From Negaprion brevirostris (taxonomy: Eukaryota), in contig JARDVH010000106.1 in the NCBI GenBank assembly GCA_030324005.1, positions 42,740,599 through 42,804,598 of the forward strand: 64,000 bases of DNA, written 5' to 3'. Shown one piece after another: positions 27,290 through 39,858 of the stretch (positions are counted from its first letter, which is position 1; every line of letters begins with the position of its first letter). The notes below the pieces were generated by a model. That model made no database searches. It was not told the origin of the DNA and was given only the letters and a program-made list of their open reading frames with translations. The position numbers were made by a program, and so were the translations under genes.

Positions 27290-28900
27290 AACTGACAGAT
27301 TTTTAAAAAACGATACACTGGCTACCTTTTTGTCCCATCCTTCCTTTGATCTCCCTTCTATTGTTCGTTCAAAAAAAACTTCTGGATTCCTTTTTATTTT
27401 GGCTGCTAATCTGTTCTTTGCTTTTCCTTGCACCCCTTACATCTTGCTTAAGATCTCCTCTGTGCTTTCTATATTCAGTTTGGTACCCTGCTGTATTATG
27501 AACGTGACAATTATCTTAATCTCCTTTTTTGTCTCACCTTAATCTCTACTGTTGGAACTATCTAGGGAACTTTGAATACCATTTCTTTTCTCCCTCATAG
27601 GAATTTACCTACTCTGTACCTGAACAACCTCCTCGTTGAAGACCTTCCAATTACTGTTTTGCCCACGAAAACATGATTCCAATTCACCAGGGACAGATCA
27701 CTTTTCAACTCATGAAAATTATCCCTCCTCCTGTTAAGTATTTTTATTTTCGATTGTTCATTGTTCTTATTCGTAACTATTCAAAACTTAATATTACAAT
27801 CACTGCCCCCAGTGAGCTCCCACTGAAACACGCTCTACTTCACTCCCAAGAACAAGATCTAACACTGCTCCTTCCTCGTTTGGCTAGAAATCAAGAATGT
27901 TTTCGTGTGCATGTTTCAGGAATTACTCAAATTCTGATGCAAGGCCATAGGCCTGAAACGTTAACTTAATTTTTCTCACTACAGATGCTGCCAGATTCCC
28001 CACTTTTATTTCAGGAATTCCTCCCCCTTTTTGTCTTTTATTTGGTTACTCTCCTAGTCAATATTAGGATAATTAAAATTCTCCATTAATACTCCGCTGT
28101 AGTTTTTGAAGTCTTTTGAAATTTAGCTTCAAATTTATTCATCTATCTTTTACCCAGTATTTCAGGGTCTGTAGTAAACACTCCATAGTGTTGTATTTTA
28201 ACAAAACATACCATCTGTGTCTATAATTCCTTAACTACATTATACCTCTCCAGTGTTATAAGTTTTTTTGGTCACTAGCTCCAATTTTCTCTTTTTTTCC
28301 TCAATTGCTGGAAGCCAGAAATATTAAGTTTCCAATCCTCCTTTGTGTCAGGTCTCTTGTTGCTACTATATCTAGACCTATGTGATTTGCAGCTAACCAA
28401 CTTTATTTACTGTGCTCAGCATATTTACATATATATTCACATAATATATATAGTTCATTTCAGGCTACCTTTGATTTACACTCTGTCTGATTCTACTTTT
28501 TTTTTAAACTATCCCTGACCTGAGTACTGCTGTATTTTGCCTCTCCCAGTCCTTTGGGCACCTTATTTCTTCTGTCTAAGCTATCCTGGTGTCTACCCTT
28601 GCCAAACCAGTTTTATCTCTTCCCCACAGGAGTACCTTCATATGGAGGTACTGGTCGCAGCTGTGTTGATGTGTAACTTGTTCATCTTGAACAGGTTCTA
28701 CCCTGGAACTGGTTCGTATGCCCCAGGAACCTGAAGCCTCACACCTCCACTTCCCTGCACTATTTCTCAAGTCACAGATGACCTGTTTTGTCCTAATATT
28801 CTTGTGCTCACTTGTGCATGATACAGAGAGTAATCCAGAGCTTACAGCATCTTCAGTCTTACTTTTTAACTACCTCCCTAGTTGTTAAAAGTATGCCTTC
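27290..28900 (-). mobile_element. Degenerate CR1 LINE (ORF1 esterase end and ORF2 5' part)
   Basis: The reverse complement of 28650-28780 parallels the ORF1 segment at 57384-57572 (ggcttcaggttcctggggcatacgaaccagttccagggtaga). Confidence 0.55.
27925..28008 (+). mobile_element. Short Penelope-like pLTR insertion with minimal hammerhead-like core and 11-bp TSD
   Basis: ctgatgc-a-aggcc-ata-ggcct-gaaacgtt at 27934-27962. The flanking direct repeat tttcaggaatt is at 27914-27924 and 28009-28019. Confidence 0.7.
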
Positions 28901-30309
28901 AGGACCTAGAAATATATAACCATATTCAACATGTTAATACGGTAACCAGGGTGGTCACCATACTCATATCATATAACAGACTCAGTATCAGCCTCTATAT
29001 GTGAGTGTAGGAAACTGAAAAACAACCACCAAAGTAGTTCAATTTCAGTTCACTAAAGCTTTAGGAAAAAGAATCTATGGTTAATTCCAGATTTCATAAA
29101 GGACCAGTTTTACTAAAATTGTGTAACAGTTAATCAAATAAATTGGTGAATTTAATGGGGATGATGCGGGTACTGAAAATAAATGAGGAAACCACATATA
29201 TTCCAAAAGTCAAAAGAGGGATGGAGTCAGCCTAAGCCAAGGTGGCAAGCTAGTCATATCTAAATCTATGAGACAGATTAACGGATCAGCTGGTCTTTAC
29301 CAGTTGGATATTTTTTGAACCCCTCTCCCAACTACCTCTTTCACTTTCTCCCTTCTTTAAACGCCTCGCACCCATACTTTTGACTAGAATCTCTCTCCCT
29401 CCCTACCCCAAAACATTTTTTTTGCAAAACAAATGGAGGAATTTGTAGAAACTCCAGATTGCATAACTGTCAGGTGATACACTCTCATTTTAATGTACCA
29501 CACATTGTGCAAAGCAATGTGACATCTTGAATATTTACCACAGCATCACCTGCAGGAGGAAGAGATATTACTGTACTTGCAACAATTCCCAATGAAACAT
29601 GCACCAATTATACTGACTTGCATATACAAGATAAATTACCTTGAAAATTTGCAATGTAGCCCCTGTATTGCACAATCTGGTTTCTGGGTCCACAAAATTG
29701 TCTCATACTTTCCAAAAATATATTCCAGCTGTCATTTTATTTCTCAGAAACCTAAAATAGAAATGTAAGTGGAATTTTTACAAAAAACACATTTTGCAAT
29801 TGCATGATTGAATATATTCAGTGAATTGTCTTTCGAATATTTCACTACCCTCATTCAGGCCTCTTCTTGTCTCAAAAAAGATAGACTCTGAATGAATATT
29901 TTTATCTGATAACAATTAAGCTACTGCAGTTATATATTTTTATGCATTTTGAGCATGTGCAGTTTGCAGATTTTTCCAGAATGCAATCTGTTTACCATCA
30001 GGGCAAGAAGATATAAAGGTATGTTCACTCATGCTTTAACAGTGAGAATTAATTAAAAAAAACTAAAAGATTTTGAAATGAATTCAAATTTTGAAGCTTC
30101 CATTCAGGCAATTGACATATTCATTTAAATATATGAATTTATGTTATGAAACACTGAACAAATTCTCAAATCCCAAATGGTGCACTATTGATGAGAGTGA
30201 CAAAATTCTAACCCACAAATTTCTGACCTTTAGTTTAAAAATTAACGTTCATATATTTGAAGACTAGAATGGAGACTGAACCATCTGATGATAGGGGAAT
30301 CAGTAGTGC

Positions 30310-30790
30310 AACTGACAGGTATTTAGGAACAGGAGTCAGTCCATTCCCTCCTTGTCAAAGGATCCATCCTCTACTTCCAATCACTTGCCAGGGCTCTGCA
30401 TTCCTTAATACCCTTGGCAAACAAAAGTCGATCGATTTCAGATTTGAAATTATTAACCAAGTTGGAATGCACTGTTTTTTTTGTGAGAGTGCGCTCCACA
30501 CTGCTACCACCTTTGGTACGAGGAAGTGCTTCCTAACTTCTCTCCTGCATGGCCTGGTTCTGATCTTAAAATTATGCAGCTTTATCCTAGAGCTCCTCCA
30601 ACAATGGAAAAGTTTCCGTATCTATTCCTTTCAGATATCCTAAAAGCCTTATTAAAACACGCTTTAACTTTCAGAGAATATATGACTAGCAGATGTAATT
30701 TCTCTTCATAATCTAATCCTTGGGTCTCTGGTGCCATTCTGGTAAATCTGTGCTGCAATCTTCCTAGGCCAAGATATAATTGCTCAAAAA
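30310..30790 (-). mobile_element. CR1 LINE 3' fragment
   Basis: ORF 30582-30899 contains RLQHRFTRMAPETQGLDYEEKLHLL (CR1 ORF2 C-terminus). Confidence 0.75.
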
Positions 30791-31966
30791 CAGTTAATGG
30801 CAGTACGAGTCCTTCTCTTTCACGAGGATATTCTACTCTGTTCCATCCAATATCAAACCGCAGAAACTCCCAATACTCCCAAATTCCCTCCCAGTCCATA
30901 CAGCTAGATCATGTGATATCACCTACATCCATTTTTCAGAAATAGTATTCCCAGTTCTGGCTAATCTCAACTATTCCAATCATTTCCAGATCTCAAGGAC
31001 ATTCTTTCCAATGGCTCAAAATTAGGAGCCTTCTCCCAGCAGTTACAGATCCCAAAACTTGACAGACTTCCTTTCTTGACTTCCTTTTTAGTTCTTATAA
31101 AAGTTATGACTCAGTGTAAGTGATGCCACAGGACACTTACTAGTTTACATTAAGTATTGAATGACAGTTGTTATATGAGACACAATGTGATGCTTCAATA
31201 ATGAAAATACCTCTCATAGTACCACCTATGTATACTGATAGGAGATAAATACTGCAGGTATTTACAATGTATTTTCAATGGAATGTGGGCCCAAGTACCA
31301 ATTCTGATGCCATTTTAGTTAATTTGCACTGACATTGCTTTTACCTTTTCTTCTGCCTTTCTCTTCTGCTCCTCTCCCTGAATCTCACCACTTGGTGGTG
31401 GTTAAGAATCAAAAACAGTGTATCGTCCACTATCAGTGAGTGATCTAATTCCTCTGTCTCCTTAACCAATCAGACTGAAGAAACCTTACTGAGGCATGCA
31501 AAGTATAAACCATGAGGTGTCAATTAGAGTACTTAATTCTTGTACCGAAAATGAGAGAGGAAAAGATGAGATTGAAAGAAATAGGAGTGAGAAAGAAAAA
31601 GTACGTGTTTTCCAATTCAGAAATGAGACTCCACTTCTGTGAAAGTGAACTTCCAGTGCTAGAGAGCTTATTTGGTAATAATCAACTTTATTGCACTGAT
31701 AAAAGAAAATATCCACATTTAATTGACAGGCCAATATTTTTTGTTGATTTTAGTGGGTATCTAAGTCCATGCCCTTACACTGTGTTTCAATGTTCAATCT
31801 CTGGGTGAGATCATGGTATAGCACACCTTTTGGAGGAGGTGGGAAACTCTGACAGCAACTGCCTGTTTGTATATTCTTTCATGGAATGTGGGCCAGTATC
31901 ACTAACTAGATCAACATTTGTTATCCATACCTAATTATCTTGAAAAGCTGGTGATGAGCCACCTTC

Positions 31967-32538
31967 TTTTTTTCATACAAAATCATATTTAATAACCTCA
32001 TGGTCCCCAGAGTACAAATAACCTATTCACAGAAATAATAGCTTGCAGCTCATGAACAAACTGACTAATTCCCATCTTTAACCAGAAAAACAAAGGACAA
32101 AATTCTGGACTCAAAAATTATGTCTGTGTGTGTGGATTTTGCCACGTTCTTGCCGTGTTTCCAGATCCAGAGTTGTCTTCACCATACTCGCTCCAAGGTT
32201 TCTAACATAATGATGCTATTCCCTCTAATCACAACCATGCCGATGCTGTTCTGCTGGCCCCCCCCCGCTGCCATCTCGACAGATTTGTCCACAACAAGAT
32301 TCATGACGGGGTCAAAGCCATTCAGTATGTCTTGCGTATGTCTCCCTCCACTCAGTTTCAGTGACAGCTTCTCGTCCATGAACTTTTTGAGCTCGGGCAG
32401 GTACGCTTTGCTTATGCCTGCGAGCTGGCATAAGCTGGGCTGAGTGCGCGGTGCGGCTGCAGCCGGAGCTTCGGCGCTGACGCTCTCTCAGGGGGCTTTT
32501 CTCTGGTACTTTCTCCTGCCACCGCTCTCTCCCCCGTC
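31967..32538 (-). pseudogene. SNRPG: Processed retrocopy of small nuclear ribonucleoprotein G (Sm-G)
   Basis: Intronless frame 32415-32179: [78 protein letters not shown], versus Sm-[42 protein letters not shown]. The start codon is ATA at 32415-32413. ATTAAA is at 31993-31988, an A7 tail remnant at 31973-31967, and a GC-rich 5'UTR extends to ~32538. Confidence 0.93.
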
Positions 32539-33899
32539 ACTGCAGTATTTAACTGTGCATGTGCAGCTACAACCCAAATTATTCCTTAATGCTAATTATT
32601 TCACCAATATTCTTTCTGCAAAATACAGGCCATTATGTAATTATATAAAAGATGCACATTTATCTCCTGTTACATGGCACATACTTAAGAACAAGTGTAG
32701 CAGTGTGGTTTTCAGCTGAAGTGGGACTACAGGATGAAAGGTAATCAAACAAATGCACTGATGTGTAATTTAGGCCCCTTTTTGACTTTAATTTAACATT
32801 TTTATTGTAAACTCTTATGTCCATATTGGAAATGAAATTCTTCCATATAAATTTAACATGCTCAATTTACACATTCCCAACAATGATGGTGCTGTAGTGC
32901 CTCTAGATCAGTGGCATTCAACAGGAAAACAGTGATGACCGATTGGGATATTGGAAAATCTTAACTGGACTGTAAATAGAATTTTAACAAATTCATTGCA
33001 GTTCATTTCGTTACAAAGCACCTTAGTCTATAGAATAAAAATGATTCTAAAAGGTAAATACATTAGTAACTATACACAATCCAACAAGTGTGATCTAACC
33101 AAGGCTGGATATATATTGAGCACAACTTTCCTACTCTTCTTTACGCACGGCATCCTTGCCTTCTGATTGATGCTGGTTGTCGAAGTTCAATTTTTAAAAT
33201 TTTTGGTAACAAATGATAATCATTATAATATTTATGTTATTTACTTATATTTTTATTCTCTTATTCAATTAGCTCCCATACAGCTATCCTTTGTTTCAAA
33301 TTCCTAATATATTCGTGAAACAATGGCAGCTAAACGAAAACAAGCTACACAAGTCACTTTTACATAAGAAATCATGTAAATAATTTTTACATTAAAAATC
33401 TATTGACTGCCTTGAACCTAACTGGCCCCAAAATCCCCTCATTAATTTTTAACAACTTACTAACTCTTTCTATTTATCTGCCACTGGGTGACCCTCACAC
33501 TGACCAAAAGATGATTAAAGAGATCTTTGAAAAAAATTCTTTCATTGGATGTGGGCATCACAAGTAAGGCTAGTATTTGTTACTCATCTCCAATTGCCTT
33601 TAAACTGAATGGCTTGCTAGGCCATTTCAATCAAAGAGTCAGCCACACTGGTGTGGATGTGGAGTCGCATGTAGGTCAGGTTAGGTAAGGATGGCAGATT
33701 TTGTTTCATAAAATACGTTAGTGAACCAAATAGCTTTTCACAATTATGACCATTGTCTTGTTCACCATTATAACCTGCTTTATATTCCAGATGTATCAAC
33801 TGAACTTAAATTCTATCTGGTGGGATTTGACTCCATGTCCACAGATTATCCAGGGCCTCTGGATTAAGTCAGTGACAATACTACCACTCCACTGTCTCC

Positions 33900-34800
33900 C
33901 CTGTTTTAAGCAGCATATTAAAAGAAGAAGAGAGGCAAAGAGATTTAGGGAAGGCATTCCAGAGCGAATGTCCCTGGGCTGATGAAGGCACAGCTACTAT
34001 TTGTGGAATAATTACAATCAGTATTGCTTAAGAGACCCAAATTGAGAGAACACATATTTTGGAGGGTTGTTCGTTCGGAGATTATTACATGGATGTGGAG
34101 GGATTTGAATACAAGAACGAGAACTTAACATCAAGGGATTCCTTAACTAGCAGCCAGGATAGGTGACTGAGCTCAGAGGTGATGGGAAAACATGACAGTG
34201 TGAGTTAACACATGAGGTCATCCAAAACTATGCTGCCTAAGTTTACAAGTATGAGTAAAAGGTTGGCCAGGAATGGAATAGTCAAGTCTAGGTTAACAAA
34301 AGGCATAGATAAGAGTTTTGGCAAGAACTGAACTGAGACAGTTGTGAAGTTGGGTGAAGTTAGAGGGGGAAAAAAAGGCAGTTTTGGACAGATAGGAAGA
34401 AACTTCTAATTGGTAGAAGGGTCTAGAGGCAAGGGACTGCGACTTAAAGTGAATGACAAAATAACAAAGGAAACAACATTTCTTTTTTTTTTGCACAGTA
34501 GTTATGAATGCTTTGCCTGAGAAAGGCACATTCAATACAGGCAAAAAGAGAATTTAGGGAGTTACCTAAAAAGGAAAGATTTGCAGGTCTACAGGGAAAG
34601 GATAGAGGCATGGGACTGACTGAGTTACTTCTGCATGGACACCACATGTCAAATGAACTTGTTTTGTGATATGACCATTTTATAGTGATATCTGATCTGA
34701 AGCTCACTTTGGGATCAAAAATGTTGCCTAGATTGTGAAAAGTCTGGTTTAACTTCACACTGTACCCAGGGAGAAGAATACAGTTGATTTCTAGGGAACG
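33900..34800 (-). mobile_element. L2-like LINE fragment with a nested CR1 tail (~34420-34680)
   Basis: gaatggaatagtcaagtctaggttaacaaaggcatagataagag is the reverse complement of the L2 motif at 18290-18330. Similar to 46040-46620. Confidence 0.6.
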
Positions 34801-35921
34801 GAGTTAGAAGTTACTAGGGTTGAGAAGGGGGAGAAAAGAACAAGTTTTTATAGTGAAGAAGTCTGAATACTAGACACATGGATCAGGAATTAACAGCTAA
34901 ATAAAGAGAGAAAACTAACATGCAACCTTTCCTCAAATGTCTACACATATTATTGTCATAAGTTAGAATGAAGAAATAAGTGACCCCAAAACATTACGAG
35001 GGAGGGCCTGGTATACCAGTTACAAGGATATTCCACAAATCTAATGGAAGAGCTGAATACTACTGATCCAATTAAATCCCCACTACATGTTAAATCCTCT
35101 TAAGGTTTATCTGAAAGGAGCTGATACCGTGTACATTCACAGTGGGAATCTGGGTGAAAATTATTTAAAGGATGTCCTCAGGTTACCACCAAGATTCCTA
35201 GCATATAACCAAAGGAAAATAGCTTTAAGGTAGGCAGTGACTCAGTTGCTCGTTGTCAAAATACTGAGAGAGAAAGAAAAGTTCAGGTTAACTAAGGACT
35301 CAGTACCACATCATACCAACCATGAATTCACCTAGTGGGCAGGAGAAATGCCACCATTTAATACTTGTAAAACTAAAGAGACAACTATTAAAAAGTTCAG
35401 AAAAGCAGAAGAATGCGTATTTTCCCTAAATCAATCCATTCCTTTATTGGATCTTGGTCCAAGACTTCTGTTCTCCACTGTTGCAGGAACTGCACAAAAT
35501 GATATCCACCAGTGTCACAGGTGGTGGTGGGCAAGTGCTTCTCAAGCTCACCCCTGCTGCCCCCCCATCTCAGACAGACAGCCAGTGAAGCTCAGGTACT
35601 GACAGCGACAAAGATTAGCTGGTGCACACCTGTAAGCCATCCACCTACGTGACTCCGAGATTGCCCAACCATCCAAATCACCTCTGTGAGCACTTCAGCT
35701 CCAGTTCCATAAGCCAAGGAGCAAGGCACTGCCACAAGGTGGGACTTCAAACGCAGGTTGTGGGCCCCCAAGTCTTGGCTCTCCAGAGGAAGCCTGCCAT
35801 GGTCATCACAGACAACAATGCACAGCAGTCAGCAGGTTGCCTCCTCCTCGTCTGTGGATGTTGGGTATGCACCCAGATAGAGTGGCAGGATAAGGAAGGC
35901 CAAAGATGTTGTAGCTGCATA

Positions 35922-36093
35922 CTAAGAAGTCTTACTAAGTCATACTAAGAAGGTGAGTGACCTCATCTGTAGAAGGAGCCTGAGACTCGAGTTCCCAAAG
36001 TTTGTGTTGCCAAATAAACCTGTTGGACTTTAACGTAGTGCTGAGACACTTGTTACTGCGCTTACCCAGTCCAATGCCTGCACCTCCACATCA
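35922..36093 (+). mobile_element. Short Penelope-type 3'-end insertion
   Basis: ccaaataaacctgttggactttaacgtagtg...ccagtccaatgcctgcacctccacatca, flanked by tagctgcata (35912-35921) and tagttgcata (36094-36103). Same family as 36868-37018. Confidence 0.6.
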
Positions 36094-36103
36094 TAGTTGC
36101 ATA

Positions 36104-36660
36104 GCACAGGTATGGGTGTTAATCATGTGCACACAACATTCGCTACTCCTGTAAATACACTCCCACAAATTTGACTCTTTCTATTGTTCCTGGCTGCTCT
36201 CATCCCTGAGGAGCCAATCCTGCAGCCTTGTGGACCCTGAAAGATGTCAGGTATCTGAGAATAGCTGAGAATGTAGGAGTCATATATACGCTTTCGGAAT
36301 CAAGCACACGGATGTGTTTGGTGTGTGGTCACAGACCAGATGAATATTCAGGGAATAGAATCCCTTGCGGTTCACATAGTTGACAACTTGACACCACAGA
36401 GCTCCAAGCGCCACAATGACACCCTGAACCAATGGAAAAGACAGATCGGCACAAATCCTAACATTCTTGCTTTCTGGCTTGGCTGATCCCAGTTGTAATG
36501 CACTAAGTTGTATGCTCTTGTGAAGATTGCACCCTTGACCTCCTGATTGCACTCATGTGCAGAGGCTTGCAAAATTTCACAGGGGATCCTGTGGACCACT
36601 GGCAGGAGTCCCTGGTATATGAATTCAGTGCTGCAGTCCCTTTCAGTGACAGTGACAATT
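36104..36660 (-). mobile_element. PIF/Harbinger DDE transposase relic (HARBI1-like), frameshifted; the element probably spans ~35450-37400
   Basis: Collinear motifs across frames: TAALNSYTRDSCQWSTG, CEILQASAHECNQEVKGAIFTRA, FPLVQGVI, YVNRKGFYSLNIHLVCDH, DSYILSYSQIPDIFQ and DWLLRD. These correspond to the Harbinger motifs FP.V.G.ID, Y.NRKG..S.N.Q.VCD, HDS and WLLGD. Confidence 0.88.
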
Positions 36661-36867
36661 GATGCCTGCCTGCCACCACCACCTCCCCCCCCGGCCCCAC
36701 CCGCCCCCGACCCCCACCAAGTCCCTATGGGGCCAAATCTTGAAGCAGGTGACAGGTGTGATCAATCAGTTCCCTAGATATGATGTATTCTGCAGATATG
36801 GCAAATGCCATCTATAGTCCGGGTTCATCCTTGGTGTGCACAGCACACCCTGCCACTTCTTCCTCTT

Positions 36868-37018
36868 TTTAGTCCAACCGATTTATTTGATAGTAAACGA
36901 AGAGGGAGTCCCCTCGAAAGCTTGTGAGTTTACTATGAAATAAATCGGTTGGACTAAAACTGGGTGTTGTCAGACTTTTTACTGTGTTTACCCCAGTCCA
37001 CCGCTGGCACATCCACAT
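36868..37018 (+). mobile_element. Penelope-type short insertion with 5' inverted arm and 14-bp TSD
   Basis: A 32-bp inverted repeat at 36867-36898 / 36928-36959 (1 mismatch). TSD cacttcttcctctt at 36854-36867 and 37019-37032. Confidence 0.8.
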
Positions 37019-38439
37019 CACTTCTTCCTCTTGACAGTCCTGCTCCTGCCTTTGATGAGTCAAGTATTGCTGTTGATACCTTCTTGTTCTTCTCCCCTAC
37101 CTATAAGCAAGTAGAAGGACAGCGAGATCATCAGGCTCCATGTTCCTGATGGCCTCCACAGTGCAGTATCAAAGATAGAGACTTGATGGCTAACATCTGT
37201 CTACTAAGGGCTACTCTTTATGATAGGGGGACCACCAATTTATGAAGAGCTGATAGCAGCAGCAAAGTGATTATGGAGTATGGTGCCAAGAAAGGAGCAG
37301 ACAATAAAAGCGTATATGACATTTGCGGTGGACTCTGGGTAAATAGGGCNNNNNNNNNNAAAGATTGAGATTTTTACTGGATCAGTGATCAAGAACAGTG
37401 GTTCTGACATGCTGAACTTTAAGTATAGATTGGCTTTTTCATGATCCCCATTCAGAGCTGTCAACTGAGTCCAAACCAGAATACCAGGAGGTGGGAGATT
37501 GAGTAAGAGTGACACTGACAGGGGAGCCTAACTGTAGTGTAGTACAGGAAGATGCTAGCTTTAGTTAAAAGGGTGAACATTAGTGGATATCACATCAAGG
37601 TGCAACAGTACTGTTGTTAGTCATCAATGCAGTCTTGGTGAATAATTAATTACTGATGGAATCAAATTTCCAGTCACCTTTGGTTTTCGTCTGCAAGTCC
37701 CTTTCCCATCTTTGGTTTTCCCTCCTCCCTACCTCAATCTCTCTTTAGTTTGACTTCTCACTGTAATTCCCCCTGGATCTTTGAATCTATTGCACAGCAG
37801 CTGCTGACACACATCTATGAGCTACAAGGAGCTTACAACCTTTTATTTGGCAAATGCAATAACTTGAATAGGTGTCACATGGTCAAAGCATGTGATTAAG
37901 CATCCAGGAATGCCTCTAGAGTTGAAAAATCCAAGATTGAGCAAAGTTGGCAAAGGAGGATAGTATGTTTTTCAAAATCAAACCTGTGCCAAAACTTATT
38001 ACATTTGGTTATAAAGACTGGCAAAATATTTTTGCATTATGAGTAACGACACAGCTTTTAAGATCAGATATCTGTTCCCACTACTGTTATGATGGAGGTG
38101 GGTGGGGTGGTAAGGCCTTCCTGTTTGCAATATAAACCAAAGCCTCTGTCCCATCAAGTTCCTAGTCAGAACATTGAGGGTGGGCTTAAAAAGTACTGTC
38201 ACCAGAACACGAATGTTAGAATGTGAAATAAAACAGAAAATACTGGNNNNNNNNNNNNNNNNNNTACACAGTAGGTCAACTGGCATTGAAAAAAGATAAC
38301 AGATTAATGTTTCAAATGGATATCTCACTCAATATTATCTTTTGGGTATTTCTATTAAGATAGCTACCATCTCTCAAACAACGCAATCATTCCGCAAATA
38401 AATCTGTACGTAAAACAACAATTATTATTGCTCAGTGTA

Positions 38440-38960
38440 ACTGAACAAAATTAGATCTAGGTTCCCAAAAAACTGTTCACAGTTAGAAAGAGTGCAGAGC
38501 AGTTCTCCAGGGTGTTACCAGGCCTGAGGGACATCAGTTATGAGGAAATATTGGAAAAGTTAGGATTGTTCTCCCTTGGAAAGGAGAAAGTCAAGAGCTA
38601 ACCTGATGGGAGGTTCTCAAGATGATGAAAGGTTCTGATAGAATAAGTAGAGAAAAATAATTTCCTCTGGCCTGTGGCTCAAAAACCCGAGGTCATGAAT
38701 TCCAAATTATTGGCAAAAGATCTAAAGGGGCAATGAGAAGAAATCTTTTCACTCGAGAGCTTTTGGGATCTGGAACTTTCTACTTCAAGATGATTCTATA
38801 AATAAGCTTAACAGCTAGTTGGACAGGTAGCTGGGGAATGAGAAACTTACAGGATTATGGACAAAAGGCAAGGACGCGGTAATATGCATGACTGCTCTTC
38901 CCAAAAGCCAGCACTGGCATTATAGGCTCTGGGCCCTCATCTATGCTGAAAGTTTCTATA
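38440..38960 (+). mobile_element. CR1 LINE 3' fragment
   Basis: ttagaaagagtgcagagcagttctccagggtgttaccaggcctgagggacatcagttatgaggaaatattgg (LERVQ...PGLRDISYEEIL). Confidence 0.8.
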
Positions 38961-39758
38961 ATCAGTGGTGCCAAGTAGGCAGCATCATTAGGAAGATCAA
39001 GGTCAGTTATCTTTTAAACACAACCCAATTTCCCAGTCCGCACTCACTAATCAGATGGACCCAATTAATTTTTGAATTAAATGAGAACATTTCATTTTTT
39101 CAAGTATATGTCAGGAAATTCCTATAAATTATAGTAGAAGGAGAAAACAGTACACATTTTAAAACTAGTGATATTCAAAGTAATATGATTTTGTATCGAG
39201 TCCTAATTACTGAGTTATTTTGAAAGAATCTGGAAGGCCAAAGTAGACCAGGTAAACTCATTCAGTCTTAAAATGTGACTTGAGGTGCAAAAAAAACTTA
39301 CACACAAGCAAAGGTAGTTTTAAGAAACAATTTAAAGTTTACTTGCTATAAAAAATTTGCTTCCACTTTTTTTCCCTCCCTCACTTGGCTCCAAGTGACA
39401 CTGAACATTGTTTAAAACGGTGCGGATACTATCCTTCCTCCTCAGCACAAGTAAAAACCATTTAAGCTCTCTGTATATTATGGGGGATTTTCAAATACAC
39501 CAAGGGCCACAATTAAGTCCCACCACCATTTTGAGTACAGCATAACCTAAATCTGAAGCCTGGACTGAGATCAAGACAAAAGCCCACATGGAATATGAGG
39601 AATAATTTGTACACGACTGAGTTTAACCAGTAACAAGTGAAATATCATTAGGGGTTTAAAACTGGGGATAGGGCAAAGCAATTGTACACAACTATGATTT
39701 TCACAGGCATCAGAGTTGCAGAAATGCAGCTGGACAAGACACTAGGCACTTAACGCAC

Positions 39759-39858
39759 ATGTAATTTAGATCCGTTGACACCTTGGAGCAATCCATTTCT
39801 AAAATAAGCGAGCTGCAAACGGTGAAAACAAGGCAGCTTTAAACATGAACTTGTAATC
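39759..39858 (-). other. ZBTB20: Candidate ZBTB20 5'UTR exon (100 nt) containing two uATGs
   Basis: Acceptor tgttgtttttggtagctagctgcag|GAT and donor TTACAT|gtgcgt. It sits in a unique, repeat-free, CpG-retaining island within AT-rich intron. A ~100-nt non-coding exon at this rank in mammalian ZBTB20 is recalled, not verified. Confidence 0.55.
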
